A DNA stretch of 64,000 bases from an uncultured Bacilli bacterium (GTDB lineage Bacteria > Bacillota_I > Bacilli_A > RF39 > UBA660): contig CAKOLK010000005.1 in NCBI GenBank assembly GCA_934096275.1, forward strand, positions 588-64,587, given 5' to 3'. The first letter of the stretch is position 1, and each line of letters opens with the position of its first letter. Below, in pieces: positions 48,543 through 58,957 of the stretch. The notes under the pieces were generated by a model. The model was not told the origin of the DNA. It saw only the letters and a list, made by a program, of their open reading frames with translations, and searched no databases. A program made the position numbers and the translations under genes.

Positions 48543-48590
48543 ATAGCCAACACTCCTTATCCTAAATATATAATATCAAAAAAAAACAAG

Positions 48591-49874
48591 TTATGCAACT
48601 GTTTTTTCTTTATTACTTATCAAGTTTACAATACATTTGTTACTAAAATCCATCTTCTTATAAACACCAAGTAATGTATTATAATCTAAACTTCTAATAT
48701 CACTTATCTTATCATTTTTAAATTCCCCATAATCAATCAAATCATATACAATGTTTTTAGCAGTCGCTACAACTTGATCAATCATTCTAACTTCACTTGC
48801 TACCCAAAGTTTAATAATTCTCTTAAAAGCATCTATATTAAGATCTAAATCTTTAATATATTTATAAAACTCTTCTAAAAACTCATCTGTCTTATCAGTA
48901 CTAACATAGAAATTAAACATGTAATGATCTTCTATATCAACAAGTTCATAAGTAACAGAATATACAATGTTTTTTAAATACATTTGTTCAACAAATGTTG
49001 AAGAGCCTCCGAAAGCCATACTTAGAATCATTTGCATATAATAGTCTAACATGTATCTATCAATATTTAAATTTTTAAATAGACTTCTGTTCATTTTATA
49101 ACCAATAGCAAGCTTATTTACTTCAACAGGAAACTCTATTTCCTCATATTCTTGTTTCACCATATCCGGTTCATCTATTTTTAATACTTCAACGACATCA
49201 CTAGGCCTTTTATAATCCTTTAATTCTTCTTTTACTATATTAATAAAATTATCTTGATTAATATCTCCGACTGCTACTAAATACATATTATCTGGCCTAT
49301 AAAAACTCTTATAACAAAGTTCCAACTCTTCCTTAGTAATACTATTAATATCGGAATCAGTACCAATTACTTTATCTTTATATGGATGATTTACATATAA
49401 ATTACTTGATAACGCTTCATATAAAATCCTATCAGGAACATCCTTATACATAGATGCTTCCTCTAAAATAATCCCCTTTTCCTTTTCAACTTGTTCCTCT
49501 GTTATAGAAAAATTAGTTACCCAATTAAGTAAATATCTAAGATTCTCATCAAAATTGCTATTACCATAAAAGTAATAAGTAGTATTATCATTATTAGTCG
49601 AAGCGTTTACATCAGTACCACTTTTCATATAAAAGTTAAATGGATTATCTTCCCTTTCAAATAATTTATGTTCTAAAAAATGAGCTATTCCAGTAGGAAC
49701 AGTATACTCTTTATCATTAACCTTAAACAAACGATTTGCGCCTCCAAACTTTACTGATGCACTGACATAAAAACTCTTCGTATTATTAAGAGGTACAACA
49801 AATACTTCCAAACCATTATCTAACTTTTCATAATATAGTTTTTCATCAAAATTATTAATATTTATTTCTTTCAT
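48591..49874 (-). CDS. M16 family zinc peptidase (catalytic HxxEH)
   Basis: GIAHFLEHKLFE. Confidence 0.8.
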   Translation of the reverse strand: MKEININNFDEKLYYEKLDNGLEVFVVPLNNTKSFYVSASVKFGGANRLFKVNDKEYTVPTGIAHFLEHKLFEREDNPFNFYMKSGTDVNASTNNDNTTYYFYGNSNFDENLRYLLNWVTNFSITEEQVEKEKGIILEEASMYKDVPDRILYEALSSNLYVNHPYKDKVIGTDSDINSITKEELELCYKSFYRPDNMYLVAVGDINQDNFINIVKEELKDYKRPSDVVEVLKIDEPDMVKQEYEEIEFPVEVNKLAIGYKMNRSLFKNLNIDRYMLDYYMQMILSMAFGGSSTFVEQMYLKNIVYSVTYELVDIEDHYMFNFYVSTDKTDEFLEEFYKYIKDLDLNIDAFKRIIKLWVASEVRMIDQVVATAKNIVYDLIDYGEFKNDKISDIRSLDYNTLLGVYKKMDFSNKCIVNLISNKEKTVA

Positions 49875-51127
49875 TTTGCACCTTCTTTTAGTAAATATAT
49901 TGTATCTATCTTTAATAAATTAGCTACTCTTACTATATCTTCTTTAGTAATAGTCTCTACCATCTCTAATTGTTTTTCATAACTATCATTACCAAAATAT
50001 AATTCAGTAAAATACACTTCCATAATTGATGAAGGAGATTCCATTATATCATTTAAAATTGATACATATAAAGCCTTTGCCCTATCTAATTCTTCATCAG
50101 TAATACCATCATTTTGAATGTCTGATAAGCACTTTTTAATTGTATTCAATGCTTCATTATAATTATCATATGATATACCTGCACTTACATAATAGAAATT
50201 ATCTAGTCTTCTGTAAGCTGAAGATATAGAATAAGCAAGAGATTTTTCTTCACGTACTTCTTTAAATAATCTTGACTCTGGAGAATTACCAAATATTATA
50301 TTAAATAGTATCAAAGCATATTTCTTATCATCAGGTTCAAAATCCATCAATTTAAATCCAATAAATAATTTACTTTGATTAAAAGAACTATCATCAATTA
50401 CTTCTTTATTATTTCTATCACTCGATAAAATTATTTCATAAGAATCTGCTCTTTTAGTATTCTTAAATTTAAAATTATCTTTTATAAGATTTCTCATTTC
50501 GTCAAAATCAAAGTCCCCAATTACACATATATCACAAGCATCATTTTCTAAAACATGATTATAATACTCATATAAAGAAGATGAAGTAATAGAATCTAAA
50601 TCCTCTATATAACCACTTTGATGATATGAAAATGGTGCATTAATATCAATATTTTCTTTAAATCTAGTAAACCCATATATATTAGGCCTTTCGTTAGTCA
50701 TTAATATCTCTTTTCTTAAGTTTTCTTTAGACATCTCAAATAATTCCTCATCAAAAGAATTATCCTTAACATTAGGCTTATAAAGCAAACTACTATAAAA
50801 TTCAACTGAATCTTTAAGCATAGCCTCCTCAGTAAACCTAGGATTAAGCATAGACATAGTATACTCAATAAAAGCATGATCTCCTATCCTACGATTAACC
50901 ATAGAAATTGATGCACCATATAAATCTTGTTTCTTTATACTAACATCTCTCATAGTAGGATAATCTTTAGAAGAAGACATTAAATTATCTAATAAAAGAT
51001 TACGTATTGTAATGTCTTCTTTCTTTTGCTTTTCAGATAAAATGACCTTAAAAAAAAGTGTCTTAAATTTATTTGTTTTAATTAAATGTAAATTATAAGA
51101 TACTTCTTCTATTTTTTTATATTCCAT
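49871..51127 (-). CDS. M16 family peptidase-like protein without an evident HxxEH motif (probable non-catalytic partner)
   Basis: M16-like length, paired with and overlapping the downstream M16 gene. Start set at MEYKK (AGAGGTGGG RBS). Confidence 0.7.
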   Translation of the reverse strand: MEYKKIEEVSYNLHLIKTNKFKTLFFKVILSEKQKKEDITIRNLLLDNLMSSSKDYPTMRDVSIKKQDLYGASISMVNRRIGDHAFIEYTMSMLNPRFTEEAMLKDSVEFYSSLLYKPNVKDNSFDEELFEMSKENLRKEILMTNERPNIYGFTRFKENIDINAPFSYHQSGYIEDLDSITSSSLYEYYNHVLENDACDICVIGDFDFDEMRNLIKDNFKFKNTKRADSYEIILSSDRNNKEVIDDSSFNQSKLFIGFKLMDFEPDDKKYALILFNIIFGNSPESRLFKEVREEKSLAYSISSAYRRLDNFYYVSAGISYDNYNEALNTIKKCLSDIQNDGITDEELDRAKALYVSILNDIMESPSSIMEVYFTELYFGNDSYEKQLEMVETITKEDIVRVANLLKIDTIYLLKEGAK

Positions 51128-51155
51128 ATTCCCACCTCTTTCATGTACTGCAAAT

Positions 51156-51842
51156 TTATAATGATTCAAGTACTAAAGTAATTGCATCATTAAACGTTAA
51201 TTCTCTTTCTTTGCTAGACATTTCTTCTAAGGTTTTAATATTATCTGAAACTGTTAAGACTGCAGATGCTTTTTTATTTAGTCTTTTTGCTATGTAAAAT
51301 AGTGCAAAACATTCCATCTCTACTGCTTTATATGAAAACTTATCATTTTCATTCTTCAAGTGATAAAACAAATCACTAGTCTTAACATCAGCTTTAATTA
51401 AATTGATACTATGTTCTAAAGAACACTTTATTATTCTATCATTAATTTCATCAGAACTCAAACAATAATTAACATTTTCACTGTCAAATTGACACGAAAA
51501 GTTTGAATTAGTATAAGCTCCAGTAGGTAGTATAGCACTACCTAACCCTATATTTTCATCTACTGCCCCACATGATCCAATTCTAATAATTTCATTAACA
51601 TCATAGAAATTAAATAATTCATATGAGTATATTCCCATACTAGGCATACCCATTCCAGATGCTGCAATCGTTACTAGTTTATCCTTATAATAACCAGTAT
51701 ATGCATAATTAGAACGAACACTATTAACTAGTTTATAATCATCAAGATAGTTTTCCGCAATATATTTTGCCCGGTTAGGATCACCAGGCATTATTACAAT
51801 TTTTGCAATTTCTTCTTTTTTTGCTTCAATATGTGGTGTCAT
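51156..51842 (-). CDS. deoD: purine nucleoside phosphorylase, DeoD type
   Basis: TPHIEAKKEEIAKIVIMPGDPNRAKYIAENYL...SGMGMPSMGIYSYEL. Confidence 0.85.
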   Translation of the reverse strand: MTPHIEAKKEEIAKIVIMPGDPNRAKYIAENYLDDYKLVNSVRSNYAYTGYYKDKLVTIAASGMGMPSMGIYSYELFNFYDVNEIIRIGSCGAVDENIGLGSAILPTGAYTNSNFSCQFDSENVNYCLSSDEINDRIIKCSLEHSINLIKADVKTSDLFYHLKNENDKFSYKAVEMECFALFYIAKRLNKKASAVLTVSDNIKTLEEMSSKERELTFNDAITLVLESL

Positions 51843-54115
51843 TATTCATCATCCTTTTCTAATTTTATTAATACTTCACGTGGTTTTGAGCCATTTTGTG
51901 GTCCAATTATACCTCGTTCTTCAAGTAAATCTATTATTCTAGCAGCACGATTATATCCAAGTTTAAACTTTCTTTGTAATAAAGATGCACTTGCTTTACC
52001 AGTTGTCACTACAAATTCTACTATTTCATTGTATAATGGATCATCATATTCTTCCTTATCATCAGATATTGGATTATTTTTCTTTTCATGATCAACACTA
52101 TCTAAGTCCATAAAATTACTATCAAATTGTGCTTTTTGTTGTGATATTGTATAATCTACTACTTTTTTAATTTCTTCCTCAGACACAAATGAACCTTGTA
52201 TTCTATCTGGAGCACTCTCACCCATCGGTAAAAATAACATATCACCTTTACCAAGTAGTTTTTCTGCTCCAGTCATATCAAGAATGGTTCTAGAGTCAAT
52301 ACTTGATGATACTGCGAATGAAATACGTGATGGAATATTTGCTTTAATTAAACCTGTAATTACATCTGTAGATGGTCTTTGTGTTGCAATAATTAGATGA
52401 ATACCAGCAGCACGGGCCATTTGTGTAATTCTCATTATAGAGTCTTCTACTTCTTTACCCGCGACAAGCATAAGATCTGCTAATTCGTCTACTATTACAA
52501 CGATATATGGCATCTTGTTATATTTTTCATCTTCAGGTAATTTCTTATTTTTTTCTTCAATTAGTTTATTATAACTAGTAATGTTTTTAGTACCAAGTTC
52601 TTCGAATAGGTCATATCTTCTTTCCATTTCACTAACTGCTCTTTTAAGGGCAATGGATGCTTTACGAGGATCAGTTACTACTGGAGTTAAAAGATGTGGA
52701 ACACCATTATAAATACCAAGTTCTACTTTCTTAGGATCAACCATTACTAATTTTACTTCATCAGGACGAGCTTTCATAAGTATTGATATAATAATTCCAT
52801 TAATACATACTGATTTACCAGATCCAGTTGCTCCAGCGACTAAAAGATGTGGTGTTTTATCTATTTCACAATATTTTACTTTACCCATTATATCTTTACC
52901 AAGAGCTACTGCAAGAAGTGAAGTATTAGTATTTTTTGGCATACCTTCGATAGTTTCTCTTAATGAAACACTTTGAGCATGGTCATTAGGCATTTCAATA
53001 CCAACAGTAGACTTACCAGGTATTGGCGCTTGAATACGAACATCTTTCTTAGCAAGAGCAAGTGATATTTCTTTATTTATACTAAGTAGTTTACTAACTT
53101 TAGTACCAGAGTTAAGTTCCATTTCATATTGTGTAACCGTAGGTCCAATATTAACTTCAACTACTCTACCAATAATACCAAAGTCTTTTAATACTTTTTC
53201 TAATATTTCAATATTTTTTTCAATTATTTGATGATCAGTATTATTCTTTTTATTCTTTGGTGCATCAAGTAGTTCTATCGGAGGTAGTTTATATTGTTTA
53301 TTAGTTTCAACTTTTTCTACTTTAGGAGTTTCTTCATTAACAGCCTCAGGCATAACTTTAGTAATTTGACTAATATCATGAACTACTAATTTATCTTTGT
53401 CTACATCATTATGATCAACAATCTTAAGCTTACTATCGACATCATTAATTGAAACAGGTTCAATCTTAGACTTATCCTTAACTTTTTCTTTCTTAGGTTT
53501 TTCTTCTTTTTCGGGAATCATATCTTTAGTTTTTTCTGCAATGTTTCTTACAATATTAAATATGGACATACCAGTAAAAATCATAAACCCAGAAATAAGA
53601 AGTACCCATACTACTATATCTGTTCCATCTTTTTCAAATAGTTTATAAAACAAAGTAGAAAATATTGCACCAAGAATACCTCCACCAGTGTTAGAAAGAC
53701 TAGCATCAAATACTCCGACACTTATTTTGCTTTCCATTATTCTTGTTACTGCACTCATTATATTATCAACTGTAGCACTAAAAATCTTTGATACTTGAAC
53801 AGATTCTAAAACATAATTTTGATGTAAAAATACTAATATTCCTATTAAGAATAGATAAAAGCCTAACATCTTAGAAGAAAAGAAATTAATATTTTTTCTA
53901 TATATAATCAAGTATCCACCCATTACTAAAATAAATAAAAGTAAAAAGAAATATAGATTTCCTACTAGAAAGACTGCAAAAGAAGCAATAAATCTTCCTA
54001 CTGGACCATACTTACCAATACCTATTATTGCAATAAGCATAAGAAGTATTCCGTATAAATCCATAAAATAACTTTCTTTTTTCTTAGAGTTTTTACGAGT
54101 TTTTTTCTTTGCCAT
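51842..54115 (-). CDS. ftsK: DNA translocase FtsK/SpoIIIE
   Basis: N-terminal TM segments, Walker A GATGSGKS, VVIVDELADLM, and C-terminal gamma domain LLQRKFKLGYNRAARIID. Confidence 0.95.
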   Translation of the reverse strand: MAKKKTRKNSKKKESYFMDLYGILLMLIAIIGIGKYGPVGRFIASFAVFLVGNLYFFLLLFILVMGGYLIIYRKNINFFSSKMLGFYLFLIGILVFLHQNYVLESVQVSKIFSATVDNIMSAVTRIMESKISVGVFDASLSNTGGGILGAIFSTLFYKLFEKDGTDIVVWVLLISGFMIFTGMSIFNIVRNIAEKTKDMIPEKEEKPKKEKVKDKSKIEPVSINDVDSKLKIVDHNDVDKDKLVVHDISQITKVMPEAVNEETPKVEKVETNKQYKLPPIELLDAPKNKKNNTDHQIIEKNIEILEKVLKDFGIIGRVVEVNIGPTVTQYEMELNSGTKVSKLLSINKEISLALAKKDVRIQAPIPGKSTVGIEMPNDHAQSVSLRETIEGMPKNTNTSLLAVALGKDIMGKVKYCEIDKTPHLLVAGATGSGKSVCINGIIISILMKARPDEVKLVMVDPKKVELGIYNGVPHLLTPVVTDPRKASIALKRAVSEMERRYDLFEELGTKNITSYNKLIEEKNKKLPEDEKYNKMPYIVVIVDELADLMLVAGKEVEDSIMRITQMARAAGIHLIIATQRPSTDVITGLIKANIPSRISFAVSSSIDSRTILDMTGAEKLLGKGDMLFLPMGESAPDRIQGSFVSEEEIKKVVDYTISQQKAQFDSNFMDLDSVDHEKKNNPISDDKEEYDDPLYNEIVEFVVTTGKASASLLQRKFKLGYNRAARIIDLLEERGIIGPQNGSKPREVLIKLEKDDE

Positions 54116-54214
54116 TGTTATCACCTACTATTAACATTATAATACAAAATATAAAAAATAAAAAGAAGAAATTAAAAAATGACATGTATAAAAACATACC
54201 ACTTATAAAATCTT

Positions 54215-54823
54215 TTATGCATTAGCATTTATATTTACTCTAAACTTATAACTATAAGAATTCTTAGTAACTTTATCAGTATCAACACTAGAATCAATCC
54301 ATGCTCTAAGTCTATAATTTGTTAAGACTCTACCTTTATTATTTGAAAATACTTCTTCTTGTGATTTAAGTATATAATTATTTAACTTATCAATAGTAAC
54401 AGAATTAACAACAACTCTCTCAACACCATTTTCCACTTTAGTTAAATACACTTTTATTTCGTTATCATGCAATGGATTATCTACACTTATTGGTTCAATA
54501 ATCACATTATAATTAAGTTTTCTTTTCTTATTATCACTTTCTTTAGTTTTAATATAAGACAATACTTGAAAATCAAAATAATCATTCAAACTCTTACCAG
54601 CATCATCAGGTAAAGGAATAGCATTTTCCATTTTGATTTCATTAGATTCGGTATAACTCATCTTAATTTGTCCAGTAGATATACTATTATTGCCAGTAAT
54701 TGAATCTCCAGCAACATCCCAAAAGGCATATGTACCAAAAGATACTAACGCTAAATTAAATAACATTAATGCAAGTAATATTAATATTCTTTTCTTTTTA
54801 TTATTATCGTTTTTGTTTTCCAT
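54215..54823 (-). CDS. secreted protein, paralog family member 4 (TasA/SipW-type signal and N-module only)
   Basis: ...LVSFGTYAFWDV..ISTGQIKMSYTESNEIKMENAIP...YSYKFRVNINANA is colinear with aa 1-190 of the 733-aa paralog. Confidence 0.55.
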   Translation of the reverse strand: MENKNDNNKKKRILILLALMLFNLALVSFGTYAFWDVAGDSITGNNSISTGQIKMSYTESNEIKMENAIPLPDDAGKSLNDYFDFQVLSYIKTKESDNKKRKLNYNVIIEPISVDNPLHDNEIKVYLTKVENGVERVVVNSVTIDKLNNYILKSQEEVFSNNKGRVLTNYRLRAWIDSSVDTDKVTKNSYSYKFRVNINANA

Positions 54824-54882
54824 ATCTATTCACTCCCTCGTACTATAATAATAGTACAACAAAAAAAGCACTTTTTCAAGTA

Positions 54883-56286
54883 CTATTTTTGGATAACAAG
54901 CTTCTTCTTTTCCTCTTCAGATCTTATTACTTTAATATCATCTATTCTATTAAACACTATCTTATTAACATTACCAGATAATACTTCAAACTCTAATGTT
55001 TCAATAGTTTCATCAAAAGCGGTTTTAAGTCCTCTTGCACCAATATCCTTACTCTTAGCAACACTTGCAATATCATTTATAAATGAATCAGTATAGATTA
55101 CTTCAACACCTAAAGAATTATAAAACTCTTTAGTTAGTCTTAAAGGACTAATTTCTGACTCTTTAAGTATTTGTACAAACTCTTTTTCTCCTAGTTTATT
55201 AAATTGTATAACTTTAGACATTCTACCCATAAGTTCTGGAACAATTCCTGAGTTTTTGAACTCTTTTGTAGTTTTCTTTTCATCAACATTCTTACTAGCA
55301 GTAAATCCCACTACTTTTTCTTTACTTTTCTTTTCATCCATATGAGAAAATGCACCACTTAATATAACTGTAAGATAAGAACTATCAAACTCAAAAGGTT
55401 CTAACATATTTTCATGATCCCCTGAAATATTATAATTTGTTCCTTCAAGTAGTTTTAATAATGATTGTTGTACTCCAGTTGATGCAATACTAGATACATC
55501 ATCATTAGAACTTTTCTTATCAATTTCATCTATTACTAAAATACTTCTTTCTGCAAGTTCAATATCATAATCAGCACTTTCATATAAATGCTTAATCATA
55601 TCTTCAATACTACTTCCTTTGTATCCTTCAATAGTATAACGAGTAGCATCTTCAATAACACAAGGAATATCTAGTTGTTTAGCAATTTGTTTAATTATTT
55701 CAGTCTTACCTACTCCAGTTGAACCCACTAATAAAATGTTTTGCTTTAAATTTCTAAGCTTATCATCAGGAAGATCTGAATCATATAATCTTTGATTAAA
55801 ATAAATAGTAGAAAGTATTTGTTTAATAGCATCATCTTGTCCAATAATACTCTTTTTTACTTCTTCATTAATAGACTCAATATCTATTATTTGTTCATCT
55901 TTATTTTTTACATTCATTAATTCATCTAAAGAAAGATCACTCATTTTTGTAAAAACATCATCCAATATTGTAAAATTAACAGAATTATTTTCTTGATCTA
56001 TATCGAATCTTATAACAGAACACTTATCTGCATACACAAACTTTTCTTTCAATTCTTGATAGTCTTTACATATCTTGTTTTTTATAAATCCACTTCCATC
56101 AAAAGCAAATATTGATAAATCTTCTTGGTTATCAAATATTGGTAAAATAACAGATTTATACTTACCATCTTTTATTTCAAATCCCTTATCAGTAGGTTTA
56201 ACTTCTTCTAAACCTATACATGAATATGTATTATCAAAACCATCTAACTTTTTTAAAATCATTCCCATTATTGTCATATTTTCCAT
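54883..56286 (-). CDS. ClpX-like AAA+ ATPase lacking the zinc-finger N-domain
   Basis: IIGQDDAIKQILSTIY, Walker A VGSTGVGKTE, ATRYTIEGYKGSSIEDMI, Walker B LVIDEIDK, GVQQSLLKLLEGT, and a VGF loop at the IGF position. Confidence 0.65.
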   Translation of the reverse strand: MENMTIMGMILKKLDGFDNTYSCIGLEEVKPTDKGFEIKDGKYKSVILPIFDNQEDLSIFAFDGSGFIKNKICKDYQELKEKFVYADKCSVIRFDIDQENNSVNFTILDDVFTKMSDLSLDELMNVKNKDEQIIDIESINEEVKKSIIGQDDAIKQILSTIYFNQRLYDSDLPDDKLRNLKQNILLVGSTGVGKTEIIKQIAKQLDIPCVIEDATRYTIEGYKGSSIEDMIKHLYESADYDIELAERSILVIDEIDKKSSNDDVSSIASTGVQQSLLKLLEGTNYNISGDHENMLEPFEFDSSYLTVILSGAFSHMDEKKSKEKVVGFTASKNVDEKKTTKEFKNSGIVPELMGRMSKVIQFNKLGEKEFVQILKESEISPLRLTKEFYNSLGVEVIYTDSFINDIASVAKSKDIGARGLKTAFDETIETLEFEVLSGNVNKIVFNRIDDIKVIRSEEEKKKLVIQK

Positions 56287-56302
56287 ATTACTTCTCCCAA
56301 AA

Positions 56303-57223
56303 CTAATTAATTTTCTTCCCCTTTAATTCTTTTAAGTTACCATTTAAATAATCTTTAGAACTTATTCTTTTCTTTCCAGGTATTTGAAGTTCTTTAATTA
56401 TTATATCATTATCAATAGTAGACACCTTAATATCTTTATCTATTGTTATAGTACCAACTTCTTTAGTAGATTTGTCTCCAATAGAGCAACTAAATATCTT
56501 AATATTTAAATCATCGATTGAAGCGTAAGCACCAATATTAGATAATGCTCTAATCTTATTATATATATTAATTGCTTTATCATTAAAACGAATCTTTTCA
56601 TCTTCACGTTTTATAATTGGTGAAAAACTACACTGTTCATTTGATTGTTTAATTCTTTTACAAGTATTATTAAATATACTAAGTAAAGTATCTATTAAAA
56701 GCTCTGCACCAATATTAGATAACTTTTTGCTTAATGTTTCTATGTTATCATTAATATCTATTGGAATAGATTTACTTGTTATGATATCACCACTATCCAT
56801 ACCTTTATCAGTAAACATAATTGTAATACCGGTCTTATCATCACCATTCATTATTGCTCTTTGTATTGGAGCACCTCCTCTATATTTAGGTAAGAGTGAT
56901 GCATGGACATTTATTGTATGATACTTTGGATGATAGAGTATTTCTTCTGGTATTATTTGTCCATAAGCGCATGTTACTATGATATCAGCATCAATATTAT
57001 TTATTTTTTTTATTTCATCTTTAATTTTTATAGGTGTATAGACTTTGATGTTGTTTTTTATAGCAATTTCTTTTATCGGACTTGGTGTTAGGATTTTTTT
57101 TCTACCAACTTCTTTATCAGGTTGTGTAATTACTGCGACTACATTGGTGTTTTTGATTAATGTCTCTAGTACAGAGCAAGCAAAAAGTGGTGTGCCCATA
57201 AATATTACTTTTTTATCTTTCAT
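56303..57223 (-). CDS. fmt: methionyl-tRNA formyltransferase
   Basis: VIFMGTPLFA..., NVHASLLPKYRGGAPIQRAIMNGD. Start set at MKDKK, directly after the upstream stop codon. Confidence 0.9.
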   Translation of the reverse strand: MKDKKVIFMGTPLFACSVLETLIKNTNVVAVITQPDKEVGRKKILTPSPIKEIAIKNNIKVYTPIKIKDEIKKINNIDADIIVTCAYGQIIPEEILYHPKYHTINVHASLLPKYRGGAPIQRAIMNGDDKTGITIMFTDKGMDSGDIITSKSIPIDINDNIETLSKKLSNIGAELLIDTLLSIFNNTCKRIKQSNEQCSFSPIIKREDEKIRFNDKAINIYNKIRALSNIGAYASIDDLNIKIFSCSIGDKSTKEVGTITIDKDIKVSTIDNDIIIKELQIPGKKRISSKDYLNGNLKELKGKKIN

Positions 57224-57224
57224 G

Positions 57225-57677
57225 TTATCTTCCTCGTCTTCCTCTTTCTTCTTGTATTTCTTTTCTTTTTTCATTTATTCTAATTCTTGCTTCGCTTTCT
57301 AATATTTCTATTTTCTTAAGATAAAGTTTGTATTCTTCTTTTTTTAAATAATCTTTATATTTTTTACGAAGCATAGTCTTAAACTTTTCCATTTCATCTA
57401 ATACCATTTCAATTGCACCATCATCAGAAGTCTCATCTTCATATACAACAGATAACATCAATATAATCTTTTCTAATCTTCTTTTACACTTTTTTGAAAC
57501 AAGTTTTTCGATTAATCCAGGATTAATAACAATCATTTCATTAACATTAATCATATCCTCTATCTCAAGGGAATCTTTTGGTTTAACATTAAATCCTTTT
57601 AATTTTTCATACTCCATATATGTAATAGTCTCTTCCTGTGCTTCTTTTTTTACTACAAAACGTCTTGAAATTGCCAT
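57225..57677 (-). CDS. hypothetical K/E-rich protein
   Basis: 150-aa ORF between trmD and fmt; no recognisable motif. Confidence 0.4.
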   Translation of the reverse strand: MAISRRFVVKKEAQEETITYMEYEKLKGFNVKPKDSLEIEDMINVNEMIVINPGLIEKLVSKKCKRRLEKIILMLSVVYEDETSDDGAIEMVLDEMEKFKTMLRKKYKDYLKKEEYKLYLKKIEILESEARIRINEKRKEIQEERGRRGR

Positions 57678-57688
57678 AAAACCACCTC

Positions 57689-58342
57689 TTATTTATTTAA
57701 CTTTATGTTAGTTAACCTAATTCTTTCTTTATTTCTATATTCTTCAATTTCCTTATGATTACCACTTAATAATACATCTGGAACTTTCATACCACGAAAA
57801 TCTCTTGGCTTAGTATATACTGGATAATCTAATAAATCATCATCAAATGATTCAGACTCAAGAGATTCATTGGTTATTACTCCATCAAGTAATCTTGTAA
57901 TTGAATCAGTAATTGCCATTGCTGGTATTTCGCCCCCGGTAAGAATATAATCTCCAATAGATATTTCTTCATCACAAAGTGTTTTGATTCTTTCATCAAA
58001 TCCTTCATAATGACCACATATTAATATTATATGTTTTTTAGTTTTTAAAGATTTAGCAACACTTTGATTATATGTTTTACCACTCGGAGTAAGTAATATA
58101 ACATATGAATCATCATCTTTTAAAGCCTCAACTGCATCAAATATTGGCTGTGGCATTAAAACCATTCCTGCTCCCCCACCATATGGAGTATCATCTACTT
58201 TATTATGAGGATCATTAGTATAATCTCTAAAATTTATTATATTTATATTAACAAGTTCTCTATCTATTGCTCTTTTTATAATGGATTCATTTAAAAAACC
58301 AGTAAACATATCAGGAAAAAGAGTTAGAATATCTATTTTCAT
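57689..58342 (-). CDS. trmD: tRNA (guanine37-N1)-methyltransferase
   Basis: ILTLFPDMF..., [33 protein letters not shown]. Confidence 0.95.
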   Translation of the reverse strand: MKIDILTLFPDMFTGFLNESIIKRAIDRELVNINIINFRDYTNDPHNKVDDTPYGGGAGMVLMPQPIFDAVEALKDDDSYVILLTPSGKTYNQSVAKSLKTKKHIILICGHYEGFDERIKTLCDEEISIGDYILTGGEIPAMAITDSITRLLDGVITNESLESESFDDDLLDYPVYTKPRDFRGMKVPDVLLSGNHKEIEEYRNKERIRLTNIKLNK

Positions 58343-58830
58343 ATTAGTCCCTCCACATTTTTTAAATAAATCTTTTTATTTTCTACATCTATTCTTTCTA
58401 TAAAATTATCGTTTTTAGGAATAAACTTATTACCAGTAAGACATAATACAAAATTACCATTACCAGAATTAATTATTTCACTTACCATTCCTACCATTTC
58501 ATTATTAAAGTAACAATCACATGCTAAATAGTCTTCATCTACATACTCATCTTTTGATAAGAATAAATCATCTTTTAAAGCAAATACTAAGCTACCTTTA
58601 TATTTTAATACGTCATCAATATTATCTATTCCATAAAGAGTAACCATATCATATTCTTGATGAGGTCTATAAGTTCTAATTACTTCTTCTGTTTTATCTT
58701 TACCTATATATAAAGTAAAGCCTTCTTTAAATACTCTATCTTTATAGTCAAAATTAGATCTAATCTTTACTTCTCCTTTTAAACCATGAGTATTTGTAAT
58801 TCTTCCAATGTAAACATAGTCTTTATTCAT
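58339..58830 (-). CDS. rimM: 16S rRNA processing protein RimM
   Basis: [16 protein letters not shown]; overlaps trmD by 4 nt. Confidence 0.9.
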   Translation of the reverse strand: MNKDYVYIGRITNTHGLKGEVKIRSNFDYKDRVFKEGFTLYIGKDKTEEVIRTYRPHQEYDMVTLYGIDNIDDVLKYKGSLVFALKDDLFLSKDEYVDEDYLACDCYFNNEMVGMVSEIINSGNGNFVLCLTGNKFIPKNDNFIERIDVENKKIYLKNVEGLI

Positions 58831-58957
58831 ATATTGTCACATCCTTAAAATATTTTTTATTGTACCACAAATAATATAAAAATAAAAGAATAAATCTTCA
58901 TAATAATATCTTATCATACTTAAGATAAAATTAAAATAAAAAATTAAAAAGAAGAAA

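Noticed and set aside
57225-57274. 50-nt overlap between fmt and the upstream 150-aa ORF
   Set aside because: The fmt N-terminal extension (MKKEKKYKKKEEDEEDN) is probably not translated. The conserved fmt N-terminus starts at MKDKKVIFMGTP (57223), directly after the upstream stop.
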